Notes: generated from the sequence alone by a model not told the origin. DNA of 58,723 nucleotides from Prasinococcaceae sp. CCMP 1430 (GCA_013416795.1 RQSC01000053.1:1-58723), one strand, 5' to 3'. Shown: positions 29,655-41,897, counted from the first letter of the stretch. Program-made: numbers and translations.

Positions 29655-32198
29655 CTACTTGTCCTTCTTCTTGCGTTTCTTGGGCTTGGTCCTTTCGACC
29701 GCTGCCAACACGTTCGCGAGCGACTCGTCATGCTGCGGCGCACCCTCGTCGCCCTCTTCGTCCTTGCTGCCACCCGCGTCGGCGTCCCGCCCCTCCGCCT
29801 TCGCAAGCTTGCGCAGTCGCTTCGCTTCTTTTGCAGCAAGCTTCTCTTCCTTGCTTTTGCGCTTCTTGCCATCCACCGACTTGTCCTTGTCCTTCTTGCC
29901 GCTTTTGTTGAAGGCCTTGTCGATGTCGTCGTCCCCGCGCTTGCCGCCTGCCGCGTCACCTCGGTCGCTCTCGACATTCTTCCCGCCCTTGCGCCCAAAG
30001 CCCAGCGCCTCCATGGCGCCGTCGAGCTTGTTGCCGCCCAGCGCGCGCGCCGCCTCCTTGACGGCGTCCTCCTTGCGAGCGCTCCTACCTCCGTTCTCAT
30101 TAGCGCCACCAGCGTCATCCGCGTACTTGCCGTCCTCGTAATTAAAGTTGTCGTGCGGCTCGGGTCCTCCAAAGAGCTCGTTGAACTCGCTCTTCTTGCG
30201 CTCCTTGCTCGCGGCGGCTGCGGCCCAGTCCTCAGCGCCGCCGGCGTAAGCCTGCACGGAACAGTGCTGCAGGAGGCGTGCCCCGTACCTGTGCGTGGGT
30301 AGCCACCGCGCATGGGCGACAGCGCATGCGTAAGCGCGAGTGCGCGGGCCATCGCAGAGCGCGCGTGCGCGCATGCGATTCCGCGCGGCGCCACGCACTT
30401 CGAATCCTTGAGGCTCTCTCGCGCGCTGAAGAGCTCGCTGGTGATGGTCTCCTTCTGTCTTGTGCCCGCGTGCGAGTAGCAGCGCTCGACGGTGAAGGAC
30501 GAGTGGGGCATCTGCGCAAGCGCAGCAAACGTTCCCTCAAGCTTAGCCACCGCGCGGTTCTTAGTCACGGCCTCGACGTAATTCGACGCAAGCAGTGCCT
30601 CCAACGCTCGCCCACCCGAACGATCCTTCGCCATCGCAGACATCTGCGCGCGCGCGCCCGCACGACCCGCCGCATTCCCCGTCAGCCGCACGCACGCAAT
30701 CGTCCGCCAATGCAACACCGCGCCGGCGCGCCCGCGCACTCACCTCCTCGTTGGTAAGCCTGCCGAAGCCCTCAACGAAGCGCTGGGCTGCCTCCATGGG
30801 AAACTTGAGCACCATTGCCAGCATCGCCGAGCCTAGGATAGAGCACGCCGCGCCCTCTCCGCGACCGTCGAGGTACAGCAGCTCACGCACGAGCTCCTCA
30901 CTGGCGGGTCCCGCGCCGGCGCCAGCATCCGAGCCACCGCCGCCCATGCGCGCGGCGAGCGCGCTGGCGAGCGCGCGCCCGATGCGCTTTTCGTGCACTC
31001 GCAAGCGGCTGCACGCCCCCACGGCGGCCGCCACGACGCCCGCGCGGCTGGACCCCACGCCGCCGGCGCTGCTCGCCGCGCGCGGCAGCAGCGTGGGAAA
31101 GACGGCCTCGAGCTCGTCCAGCGCCATAGCTAGCTGCGCCTCGGAGCGCTCCGAGGCGAGCAGCGCTTGCACGACAAAGTTGGCCGTGCCGTGCGCCACG
31201 AGCCCCGAGAGGCGCCCACGAAAGAGGTGGCGAAAGATGCGGCCGTGCAGCGCCTCGTCCGCGCAGCGCAGCGCCGCCTCCGCAAGGTGGGACCCCGAAC
31301 GGTCCTGGCAGAGCTCTACGAAGCCGTCGGGGTCCACTGCCTCCACGTTGGTCTTGCCGTCCTTGGCGCACAGGATGATGGAGGTCATCTGCGCCAGCTG
31401 CGAGGCGTCACCGCGCGAGCACTCGAGCATCGCCTGCAGCACGGGCCCCGCGGCGGTGTGCACCTGCATCTCCCACAAGTGCGGGCGCGCCGCCTCGCTG
31501 AGCTCGAGAACCAGGGCGCCGCACATCTCGGGGAAGCCCGCGTGCGCGTTGCTGCCGGACCGCTGCGCGTGCGTGCGCGCGACGCCCTGAAGCTTCTCGG
31601 CGAGGCGGCGCTCGGCGGCGCGCGCGGCGGCAGCAGCGCCGCCCTTGCCCTTGGCGGACTTGCCGCCCGCGCCGGCCGCGTCGGCGTCGACGTTGTAGCC
31701 GCGCAGCGTCGACAGCAGCGCGCGCAGCGCGTGGGAGCCAAACTTGTTGGCAAGCAGCTCGAGCGCGCCCGTGAGCGCGCCTTCGCACCACGCACCGAGC
31801 GCGTCGCCGAGCGCCGCCGACGCCGCCCCGTGGTCGGCGGCGAGGTGGGCGTCAGCGGCGCGCAGCGCCGCCTCGCACACGCGGCTGCCGAACGGCGAGC
31901 CCGCGGCCGTCGCGAAGCCGCCGTCGGCGCCGACAGCGGTCACGAACGCCGCGAGCTGCTCCAGGCTCGCCTCGGCGAGCAGGGGCTCGAGCGCGTACGA
32001 GCACCCCGCGTCGCACGCGAGCGGCAGCTCGAACCCCTCCGCCTCGCCGAAGGCTGCGGCAACGGCGAGCTCGCGCGCCTCGGTGCCCTCGGCCTCGCGC
32101 GCGAGCGCCGCCCGCACGCCCACGCCCTCGTCGGCGAAGTACGAGCGCAGCTCCTCGCTCAGCGCGCGCCACGGCTGGCGCGGGCCCGAGCCGCCCAT
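29655..32198 (-). CDS. APUM23: Pumilio 23 / Nop9 nucleolar PUF protein; complement join(29655..30288,30399..30643,30744..32198)
   Basis: PUF-like repeats CSYALEPLL, GSRVCEAAL, KFGSHALRALL, DRSGSHLAEAAL, ANFVVQALL, KDRSGGRALEALL, SSFTVERCY, K|YGARLLQHC; Lys/Asp-rich nucleolar tail. Exact start uncertain. Confidence 0.88.
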
Positions 32199-32509
32199 CG
32201 CATACGTACACACACCCCCACCCCCACCCCCCCACCTCCGCGGCGCGCGCGCAGCCGCCGCACGGCGGCGGCTACGCCAGCGGACGCGCGGTGCGGTTCA
32301 GGTTCTCTCGCGAGCGCTATTTGGGTTCGCTCACCATCATTCGACACCCAAAACGATGGATTGACGTCGCTGCCTCGTCACAACGAACCAGGAAAGTGGA
32401 AATAGGGTTTACCTTCGAGTTCGAGAGGTGCGGCGTGGGCAGGATGTGGTCGAGGGGTGCGCGGCCGCGCGTGCGCGCGCGCGCGCTGGGGGGGGGGGGG
32501 GGGGGGGCC

Positions 32510-33210
32510 NNNNNNNNNNNNNNNNNNNNNNNNNNNNNNNNNNNNNNNNNNNNNNNNNNNNNNNNNNNNNNNNNNNNNNNNNNNNNNNNNNNNNNNNNNN
32601 NNNNNNNNNNNNNNNNNNNNNNNNNNNNNNNNNNNNNNNNNNNNNNNNNNNNNNNNNNNNNNNNNNNNNNNNNNNNNNNNNNNNNNNNNNNNNNNNNNNN
32701 NNNNNNNNNNNNNNNNNNNNNNNNNNNNNNNNNNNNNNNNNNNNNNNNNNNNNNNNNNNNNNNNNNNNNNNNNNNNNNNNNNNNNNNNNNNNNNNNNNNN
32801 NNNNNNNNNNNNNNNNNNNNNNNNNNNNNNNNNNNNNNNNNNNNNNNNNNNNNNNNNNNNNNNNNNNNNNNNNNNNNNNNNNNNNNNNNNNNNNNNNNNN
32901 NNNNNNNNNNNNNNNNNNNNNNNNNNNNNNNNNNNNNNNNNNNNNNNNNNNNNNNNNNNNNNNNNNNNNNNNNNNNNNNNNNNNNNNNNNNNNNNNNNNN
33001 NNNNNNNNNNNNNNNNNNNNNNNNNNNNNNNNNNNNNNNNNNNNNNNNNNNNNNNNNNNNNNNNNNNNNNNNNNNNNNNNNNNNNNNNNNNNNNNNNNNN
33101 NNNNNNNNNNNNNNNNNNNNNNNNNNNNNNNNNNNNNNNNNNNNNNNNNNNNNNNNNNNNNNNNNNNNNNNNNNNNNNNNNNNNNNNNNNNNNNNNNNNN
33201 NNNNNNNNNN
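32510..33210. other. Assembly gap (N run), preceded by a G20 tract; hides the 5' end of the bestrophin gene
   Basis: 701 Ns; G run at 32488-32507. Confidence 0.99.
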
Positions 33211-33212
33211 CG

Positions 33213-35080
33213 CCGCACGCAGCGGTGGTGCGGCGGCGGGGTGCGCCGGCAGCGGCAGGGTCGCCCCGCAGGCGGGGTTGCCCCACCGGCGGGCGTGCCG
33301 GTCGGGGAGCCTCGGTGGCAGCCGGCAGGGGCGCCGATTTCAACGACGGCACGGGCTTTAACGACGGCGAAGGGGCGCGGCGGCCCGCCGAGCGAGCGCG
33401 AACGGGGCCTGCCGAGGGCGAAGCAGGCGGCGCCGAGCGCGGCGGGCGCGCGCACCACCACCACCTGTACGACGACCCGGACACGCACGAGGCGGGCGAG
33501 GGTGCCGGTCTGTTCGCATGGCTCGACTCGCACCCGATTGTGTTCGGCCCCGCGCTGTCCGAGCGGGCGAGACGCGCCCTGCGCGGCGGCGGCGGCGACG
33601 ACGGCGGTATGCAGGTTCACAAATCGCCGCTCGGGACGCTCTCTGCGGTGCGCCAGGAGCTGCTGCGCCACGACCCCTCCCTAAACCAGAGCCTCATCAG
33701 CAGCGGCACGTCCATCTCGCAGCTGTACGACCAGAACAAGTGGGAGCGCCATCGGCACATCGGCAGATATGGGTACAACCTCTCGCGAATCCTCGGGAGC
33801 ACCGTCTTCCAGCGTGTCCTGCGGCCGGTGATGTGCCTCACCGCGCATGCCGCACTGGTCGTCGCGACAGGCACACACGCTGGCGCCGTCATCTTCCCTG
33901 TGCAGCTGCTCGGCACCGCCGTGGGCCTTCTGGTGCGGAGCGAGGCGCGCCCGAGCGCCGCAACCGCTCGCTCGCGCTCACGTCTGCGCCCGCGCGCATG
34001 CGCGCCCGCGCGCGCGCGAGAGAGAGGAACAGGACTTCGTGCGTCGGCGCTGGTGCTGACGCGCCCTTGCGCCTGCCCACCCGTCTCCCCCTCTCTCCCT
34101 TCTCCCCCCCCCTGGTAGCTCGTATTTCGGACGAACCAGAGCTACGCGCGCTTCGCCGAGGGTCGGCAGCTGTGGGGCAACCTAGTGTCCATTGCCCGTG
34201 ACCTCGCGAGGACGGCGGCGATCTATTTGGAGCCGAGGCGGAGGCAGCGCGTGTGTGGTCTGGTCGTGGCCTTCGCGCTGCTCCTCAAGGCGCACCTGCG
34301 GTCTGGTCGGACGAGGGAGCGCGCCGATGACCCTACGGCATATCGCGATGACCCCACCGAGGCGGTGACGGAGGTCCTCGAGGAGGCAGAGCCCGGCGGG
34401 GGGGGCGCGCGTCTCGCGCGCAGGCTGCTGGGCGGCGAGAACCGGCCGTTCCTGGCCACGTGCGAGCTCTCGCGCGAGCTCGACGCGAGGGAGCTCGACG
34501 TGCCGCTCGAGGTCACCTTTCGGCTCGAGCGGCAGCTGGCCGAGATGGGCCGGGTGGCGGGCGCGTGCGAGAGGCTGCTCTCGACGCCCATCCCGCTGTC
34601 GTACACGCGGCACACCGGCCGGGCGCTCATGCTGTGGCTGATTGCGGCCAATCACGCGATGGCGGCGACCCTCGGCTGGCTCACGCCCGTCGCCGCCTTC
34701 GGCCTGGCGTTCGTGCTGGTGGGCATCGACGAGATCTCCATGCAGCTCGAGGAGCCCTTCTGCGTGCTGCCACTGCAGCCGCTGTGCGAGGTCATCAGCG
34801 ACGACGTGCTCGTCGCGGCCGCGTGGGCGGACGAGGCCTCCGCGGGCGAGGCCGCGGCCGCCGCGGCGCTCGCGGCCGCCCGGCGCAAGAAGCTCGCCAA
34901 GGTCATCGTGCTGGGCACGCTGTTCGGCGCGTGGTACGCGTGCAACATCGCCTTCAACGTGTACAACAAGCAGGTGCTGCAGGTCTTCGCGCACCCGGCG
35001 ACGTGCACGGCCGCGCACGGCGTGGTCGCCGCGGCCGCCATGGGGGCGCTGACCTGGGTGACGCGGCGCGGGCGGCGGGC
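33213..35080 (+). CDS. UPF0187/VCCN bestrophin-like channel continuing in frame into the N-terminal part of a plastid phosphate translocator (PPT/TPT family); join(<33213..33932,34119..>35080); partial at both ends
   Basis: [10 protein letters not shown]...[18 protein letters not shown]|[52 protein letters not shown] (bestrophin-like). Then, with no stop, [33 protein letters not shown] (TPT-family first helix motif WY..NI.FN.YNKQVL). Confidence 0.85.
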
Positions 35081-35387
35081 NNNNNNNNNNNNNNNNNNNN
35101 NNNNNNNNNNNNNNNNNNNNNNNNNNNNNNNNNNNNNNNNNNNNNNNNNNNNNNNNNNNNNNNNNNNNNNNNNNNNNNNNNNNNNNNNNNNNNNNNNNNN
35201 NNNNNNNNNNNNNNNNNNNNNNNNNNNNNNNNNNNNNNNNNNNNNNNNNNNNNNNNNNNNNNNNNNNNNNNNNNNNNNNNNNNNNNNNNNNNNNNNNNNN
35301 NNNNNNNNNNNNNNNNNNNNNNNNNNNNNNNNNNNNNNNNNNNNNNNNNNNNNNNNNNNNNNNNNNNNNNNNNNNNNNNNNNNNNNN
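35081..35387. other. Assembly gap (N run)
   Basis: 307 Ns. Confidence 0.99.
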
Positions 35388-35912
35388 CATCGTGGAGCAA
35401 GTAAGCGCGCGCGCGCGCTCGCGCGCGCTTTCCGCTCGCCGGATTCCGCTCGGTCCCCGCGCCGCCGTTGCGTGCGTTGCGATGTGCAAACTCGGCGGGA
35501 GGCGCGCGGAGAATCTCCGCGGATCCGGCGCACAGCCGCGCGCGCGCGCGCGCGCGCGCGCTGAGTCGCCGCGCGCGCGCATTCCGCGCGCGCGGCCGGA
35601 GAAGCGCGTGGGTTCCATCAGCATCGACCTTCACGCACGGCTGTTTCATTGCTTCCCTCGCGGAGATTCCACGTGGGAATGGAATCCATCAACTTTTCGC
35701 GGGGGCGGCGCGGTATCGCGCGCGGCGCGCCCTCGCGGCGTGGGCACCATCACCATCAGACGCCACTGCGCGCGCGCGCGGCGGCCCCCCCGCAGGGGCG
35801 CCGGCGGAGGCGCCCGAGGTCGAGGTCGCCGTCGCGGACGCCGCCGCTGGCGCCGCTGGCGCCGAGCACACGGTTGGGCCCGACGGGCGGTAGCCCGCAC
35901 CATCCCATGTAC

Positions 35913-35917
35913 TGTAA
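35913..35917 (+). terminator. Putative UGUAA polyadenylation signal
   Basis: TGTAA 20 nt after TAG 35891-35893 of a candidate terminal exon. Confidence 0.35.
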
Positions 35918-36610
35918 CATTGGCCCCACCACTGTTGTACACACACAGACGCACATCGATTTGACGCCGCCTCAGTCCGCGATTCATGAACCCCGAACTG
36001 AGGTACGCCCGGCACCCCTCCTTCGATGTGTTGGTCGGTCGGTGTCCTCCCACCACGGCACGTGACGGGAAGGCCAGCAGGGAAAGGGCAAAAGCAGATT
36101 CTTGGAGAAAGGCCGCGCAAAAGGAGAAAGAAAAAAACGGCTGCGGATCGGTCGGGGGCAGTCGGCGCGCGGCCCGTCGCCAGCCAGCTCGCGTTGAAAA
36201 AAAAAACTGCTTGCTTTGATGGAGTGTGAGGCGGCGTGGAAAACACGCACAGATGCGAGGAAAGCACACCGTCGATCGTTGTATCGATTCGGTTGGCGCG
36301 ATCTCCGCAATCTCTCTGATCGAGCACCAGGTGGGATTTTTTTCTTTTCCCCGCGAGCCAGCCGGCGCCGTGGACCATGGCTTGCTGGATGTTGGGTTGG
36401 GTTGGTTGGTTGGATGGCCGCTTCGCTTCTCGCTCGCTCGGTCGCGCTTTGTGGATGGTTCTGTCGGTATAGTCGGTTGGTGGGGGTTGGGGTTTGTGGT
36501 TCGTTGGAGGCGCGAGCGCGCCGCCGCGCGGCCCCATCCGCGGCCCCCTATCCGCGCGTCGCGCGCGCGCGCGTCTCGGCGGCCGCGTTGGAGACGGACT
36601 CAGATTCGGA

Positions 36611-36713
36611 NNNNNNNNNNNNNNNNNNNNNNNNNNNNNNNNNNNNNNNNNNNNNNNNNNNNNNNNNNNNNNNNNNNNNNNNNNNNNNNNNNNNNNNNNN
36701 NNNNNNNNNNNNN
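36611..36713. other. Assembly gap (N run)
   Basis: 103 Ns. Confidence 0.99.
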
Positions 36714-36726
36714 GTCGGTCGGTGAG

Positions 36727-37224
36727 ATGGCGGGCGCGAGCGCGGAGGGGACGGCCGCGCCGTCGGTGGTGTGGTTCCGCCGCGATCTGCGCGTGCGCGA
36801 CAACCCCGCGCTCGCCGCGGGCGCCGCCGCGGGCGCCGTCGTGCCCGTCTTCGTGTGGGCACCCGAAGAGGAGGGCCAGTTCCAGAGCGGCCGCTGCTCG
36901 CGCTGGTGGCTCAAGCAGAGCCTCGAGGCGTTCGCGGGCACGCTCGACGCGCTCGGCGCCAAGCTGGTCATCAGGAGATCGGCGGAGATGCTGGCAGCCC
37001 TGCTGGAGGTCTGCGAGGAGTCAGGTGCGTGCCCCCACCCCCCCGCAAGCCCACCTCGCGCGCCGCCGAGTGCGCCAAAGCGCCGGACCGGACTGTGCCG
37101 CGCAGCCAACCCCAAAACATACCATCCGCGAGGAGCGCATAAGCACTGCGGATGGCGGGGTCGGATGCGCGCGGCGCGGCGCGCAAACGCGTTCTCCACC
37201 GCCGCCTCCGGAGCATTTTTCTCT

Positions 37225-37258
<34 letters not shown>

Positions 37259-39201
37259 GGGGGGGGGGGGGGGGGGGGAATGTCCTGCCAATGCGCTGGG
37301 GCGCTGACCGCCTTCCACTCTGCGCCTCCAAAAAACAAAAAAATGCGCCCACCCGTGCACATCCCCTAGGTGCCAAGACGGTCCACTTCAACCACCTCTT
37401 CGACCCCGTGAGCCTGGTGCGCGACAACGTGGTGAAGCAGGGCCTGCAGGACGCCGGCATTGCAGTGCACACGTACAACGCCGACCTCCTGTTCGAGCCA
37501 TGGAACGTGCTCGGCGACGACGGCAAGGCGTTTTCGACGTACGACGCTTTCTGGGAGCGCTGCCTCAAGAGCGAGGCGCCGCCCTCGCCGCTGCCCGCAC
37601 CGGCGTCGCTGACGCCCGCGCCCGGCCTCGCGGACCTCGACGGCGAGTCGGTCGAGGAGCTCGGCCTCGAGGAACCCGCGGAGGCGCCGTCGAACGCCGT
37701 GCTGTCCCAGCGCTGGACGCCCGGAGAGGAGTCCGCCATGAAGCGGTTCATGCAGTTCATCGGGGCCGAGGGCCACCTGGGCAAGATGGACCGCGCGATG
37801 CTTCGGCGCGTGGTGGTCGACGACGGCGATACGCCCAGCACGAGCTGCCTGAGCGCCTTCCTGCACTACGGCGAGATCTCCGCGCGTGACGTCTGGCAAG
37901 GCCTGCAGGGCGCGCACGTCAGCGAGGTCGCGCGGGCCGCGTGGGCGCGGCAGTTGGGGTTCCGCGAGTACTCGCGCTACCTGACCTTCCACTACCCGTT
38001 CACGCGCGAGCGCTCGCTCCTGGAGAACTTGCGCGCGCTCCCCTGGTGCCACGACCAGAACCTCTTCAAGGCGTGGCGGCAGGGGCGTACGGGCTACCCG
38101 ATCGTCGACGCAGGCATGCGCGAGCTCAACGCGACCGGCTGGATCCACAACAGCATACGCGTGCTGTGCGCGAGCTTCCTGGTCAAGTACCTGCTCCTGC
38201 CGTGGCAGTGGGGCCTCAAGTACTTCTGGGACAGCCTGCTCGACGCGGACATCGAGTCGGACGTGCTCGGCTGGCAGTACATCGCCGGCTGCCTGCCCGA
38301 TGGTGTGCCGTTCGACGAGCTGCCGGACCCGCACGCGGAGGGCCTGAAACTCGACCCGCAGGGGCGCTACGTGCGCCGCTGGGTGCCCGAGCTCAGCCGG
38401 CTGCCCAGCGAGTGCATACACAGGCCCTCGGAGACCGACTGCCCGACACTCGAGGCCGCGGGTGTGGAGCTCGGCGTGACCTACCCACTGCCGGTGTCGG
38501 ACGAGACGACCGCCCGCGAGCGCGTCAACAACGCGCTCGAGCACGTGCGCTCGGTCATCGCCAGTGGCAACACCTCGGAGCCGGTGCCCTACACGGCCAA
38601 TCCCATTGGCTCCATCGATGTCGACAGCGCGAACAACAATACTGGCGGCGTGGCGGGGGCCAACGACAGCGGCGCGGCTGTGAACCAGCCGGGTGCGCAA
38701 GGCGTTGCATCGGGCGGGACCACGGGGGCGGCCGTGGCGAGATCCGAGGGGCAGGGGCAGGAGCTGCCGCAGCTGGTGGCGCAGCAACAGGGGCGGCGGC
38801 AGCAGCGCGTCATGCAGCCCCCCGCAGCAGTGGAGGGCTCTTCCCTCAGCGACGTGCTCGTCCCGCAAGTGGAGGTCGAGGCCAGCGTGCCCGTGCTTTC
38901 GCGCGGCGCGGCGGCCGCAGCGACCGTCCAGCACGGCAAAAACCGCCTCGGCGAGGGCGCGGGGTCGGGGGCTGAAGGGAGCGGCGGCGCTAAGGACGGC
39001 CGCGCGGCCAGGAGCGACTTGGCCGCGCTGCAGAGCGGTGCGAGGGACGCCATGGATGGCGTGGCGCCGCTCATGACCGCACCTGAAGGCGGCGCGGGGA
39101 ACAGCTCAGACTCGGCGAAGGACGCGGGGGACGAGCCGCCCGCGCCAAAGAAACAGAAAGTGGGCGGGCAGCATGGCACGGCCCCAGCCACTGTGCAATG
39201 A
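36727..39201 (+). CDS. CRY1: Plant cryptochrome (pCRY, CPH1/CRY1-type) with C-terminal extension; join(36727..37024,37370..39201)
   Basis: VVWFRRDLRVRDNPAL, VFVWAPEEEGQFQSGRCSRWW, GFREYSRYL, AWRQGRTGYPIVDAGMREL, LPWQWGLKYFWDSLLDADIESDVLGWQY (Asp equivalent to AtCRY1 D396; Trp triad present); PKKQKV NLS-like tail. Confidence 0.95.
37228..37278. repeat. C29 immediately followed by G22 (homopolymer inverted repeat) inside the CRY intron
   Basis: Directly visible; run lengths may be imprecise. Confidence 0.85.
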
Positions 39202-39645
39202 GGTCTAGTGCAGAGGCGGCGATTGGCGCGGGTGCACGCGTGCCCCCGGCCATCGCAGCCACGATTTTCCAAACACACTTTTGACCTAAGCACGCCCACA
39301 CGCCGAGCGCTCGAGGGCTGTGGCCTGCAAGGGCCAGTGAGTGGGCATGTACACTACATCTACAGTACCCTCTACTTCTACCACAACTTGGGTAACGCGA
39401 GCCACGGTGACGCATCCGTAGCACTGTGCTATCACACGAGACGAGAAAGACGCCACCGATTCGAGGAGAGGCCGCGCGGGTGGGATTGAGCGAGAGAAGC
39501 AGAATCCTGCAGCGCTGCGCTGGCGCGTCGTGATGCCACGCGCACACTTAATAAATTGGCGCCTTTCGACTGACTTGTGGCAGTGCCGAGCGCGCGCCGC
39601 GCGCACACGATGTCCGATGGGGACTGGCGTTGAGTCGTGTAGCGA

Positions 39646-39650
39646 TTACA
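39646..39650 (-). terminator. Putative UGUAA polyadenylation signal of RAD21
   Basis: TTACA on + strand, about 95 nt past the RAD21 stop. Confidence 0.4.
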
Positions 39651-39744
39651 AAGGGGGCTCGGGTCGCCAGATTGGGGTGCTCGTCCGTGCGCGCGTGCTA
39701 TGTATACATGCCCCTCGCTATTCGTCCCGCCATCGGGGCGCGCA

Positions 39745-41897
39745 TTAGTGCGCTGCCGCCTCTACGAGCTTCGCCTTGGGCGCGACGCTGATGGCCTGGT
39801 ACGGCTCGGGCTGGTCGACATCGATGTACCCGTGGCTCTTGAGCACGAGCAGCTCGAAGAAGGCGCGCGCCCCCTCCTTGCGGCTCTTGCCGCCAGCGAG
39901 CATGCCCACGCCGGGCGCCAGATCGAGGCGCGGCGCGCGCGGGTTGGGGTGCGCCACCATGGCTGCGCCCTTTCCGCTGCTGCCCCTGCGCCTGCCGCCC
40001 TCTTCGGCAAGGGACGCCTTCTCGAATTCCTTGGTCAGATATCCGAGCATCGCCTTGGTGCGCTGCGACCACTCGCCGTGTGCGGCGGTCTCCGCGGGCG
40101 AGTCGCCACTCGCGCCCGCGAAGCCGCCCTCCTCCGGCGCGAACTCGCCGCCGTCGAGCTCGCCGCCAGCGTTGTCGTGGAGGCCGGGCATGTCCCCGCC
40201 GTCCATCTGACCGAAGTCGGGCTCCTCTGCTGGAAAGTCGGGCATATCGCCGCCGAACTCGCCCTCGCCCGCGCCTGCCACATCGCCGCCACCCCCCACG
40301 CGCGCCTCCTCGTCGGCGGCGATGGCGCTTTCGTCCGCGGCGTGCATCCCCTTGTCGACGACGGTGCGCCACTTGGAGTACATGCCCTCGGCCATGCCCT
40401 CCGTGGCGCCGAGGAACGACGGAAGCATCCACTCGGCGTTTGGCTCGTCTGCGTCCCACCCGCCCACAGCGGTGGCGCCCTTCTCGTCGCGGCGGCGCTT
40501 TTGCGCTGCCGCTCCCGCTCCCGCGGCGAGCGCCGCGCCCGCGGGACGCTCCCCGTGGCCGTTCATGGCCTTGATGTGCTTGTTGGAAAGCTCGGTGCGC
40601 TCGCGATCGATAACGAGCTCGCCGGCCGCGCGGCGCTTGCGCTGCGCCGCTTTGCGCTCCTTGAGCTCGACCACCACGGGTGCCGCGACGTCTGCTCCAC
40701 CCTCGGCTCCCGCGGCCGCCCCGGGCGCGCCCGGGCTGGGGAGCTCGGGAAGCTCGGCGCCCGCGTCGAAGTCAGGCATGTCTGGCTCGCCAAAGTCGTC
40801 CTCGAACGCCGGCGCATCCGGCGCGTCGAGGTCGGGAAGCGCCAAGTGGTCGTCCGCGCCGGCGCCACCCTTGCGCAGCGTGTCGGGCGTGGCGCCCGGC
40901 ACCTGGCCAGGCACGGCCGCGCCCTCGAGCTCGGCGAGCGGGAAGCGATCCTCGTCGAGCGCGCCGTCGCCCTCTGGCAGGGCACGGAGGGCCTCGGGCT
41001 CGTCGCCGTACGCACCGAGCGCGCCGTACGCCGAGGCGCCGAAGCCGTAGCCGAGCGCGCCCGCGACACCGCCGTCGGCGCCTGCGAACGCGTACGCGTC
41101 ATCGTCGCCCTCGTCGAGCACGATGGCGTCGGGCGCCGCGTCAAAGCCGCGCGACAGCCGGCTGGCCTTCTTCGCGCGCTGACGCGCCGAGCCGCCCAAG
41201 TCGAAGTCGTAGTCGTCGTCCTCGATGTCGTCCTCGGAGCCGGAGGCGTCCGGGTCGTCCTCGAGCATGCGCTTGCGCCCCAGGAGCGCCTCGGCCGTGC
41301 CAGCGAGCAGCAGGTCGGCGTCGGCATCCGCGAGCACGCCCTCGGGCAGCGTGATGGCCTCGTAGCGCGCCGCGCCGCGGCCCTCCTCGAGGTCCACCAC
41401 CCCCGGGCGGTACGCCTGCTTGATCTTCACGAGGGCCTCATTGCAGTCCTGGTACAGGTACAGCACCTGCCAGTTCGGCGCGGGCAGCGCGCGCGGTTCG
41501 CGGTCGCGCGGCGGCGGGTCAGCACGTCGGCGCCTGCGAGCACGCCTACAGGCTGGCGCATGCGGGTGCGCACCCACGCGCGTTGGTGGGTGTGGGCGTG
41601 GGTGCGGGTGAGGGTGAGGGTGTGGGTTTGGGGGCGCGGCGCCACGCGCGCGCGCGACGGTGGCTCCTGGCCTCTGCGGTCCCTCACCTTGCGGCCGTAG
41701 ATGCGGCACACGCCGTACAGCAGGTGGCCGCTCAAGCGCAGCGCGATGGGCACGGCCGGCTCGATGATGGAGTCGACGGACGCGCCGATGTTGGTCTCGA
41801 AGACGGCCTTCTTGCCGAGCTTGCGGTCAAGGTGCGCGGCGATCCAGATGACGGACAGCGGTCCCTTTTTGGCGAGGATCTCATGCGCGTAGAACAT
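39745..41897 (-). CDS. RAD21: Cohesin kleisin RAD21/SCC1; complement join(39745..41466,41688..41897)
   Basis: [22 protein letters not shown]...[21 protein letters not shown]|[12 protein letters not shown] (Rad21/Rec8 N-terminal domain); WSQRTKAML...[32 protein letters not shown] (C-terminal winged helix); ExxR/DxxR separase-like motifs (EPEALR, TPDTLR). Confidence 0.96.

Noticed and set aside
32409-33684. ORFs spanning the 701-N gap
   Set aside because: Artefacts of translating Ns.
39700-41700. Long antisense ORFs over RAD21, LARS1, ODA11, SPHK and other genes
   Set aside because: Shadow ORFs caused by GC3-rich codon use; Arg/Ala/Pro-rich translations with no domain motifs.
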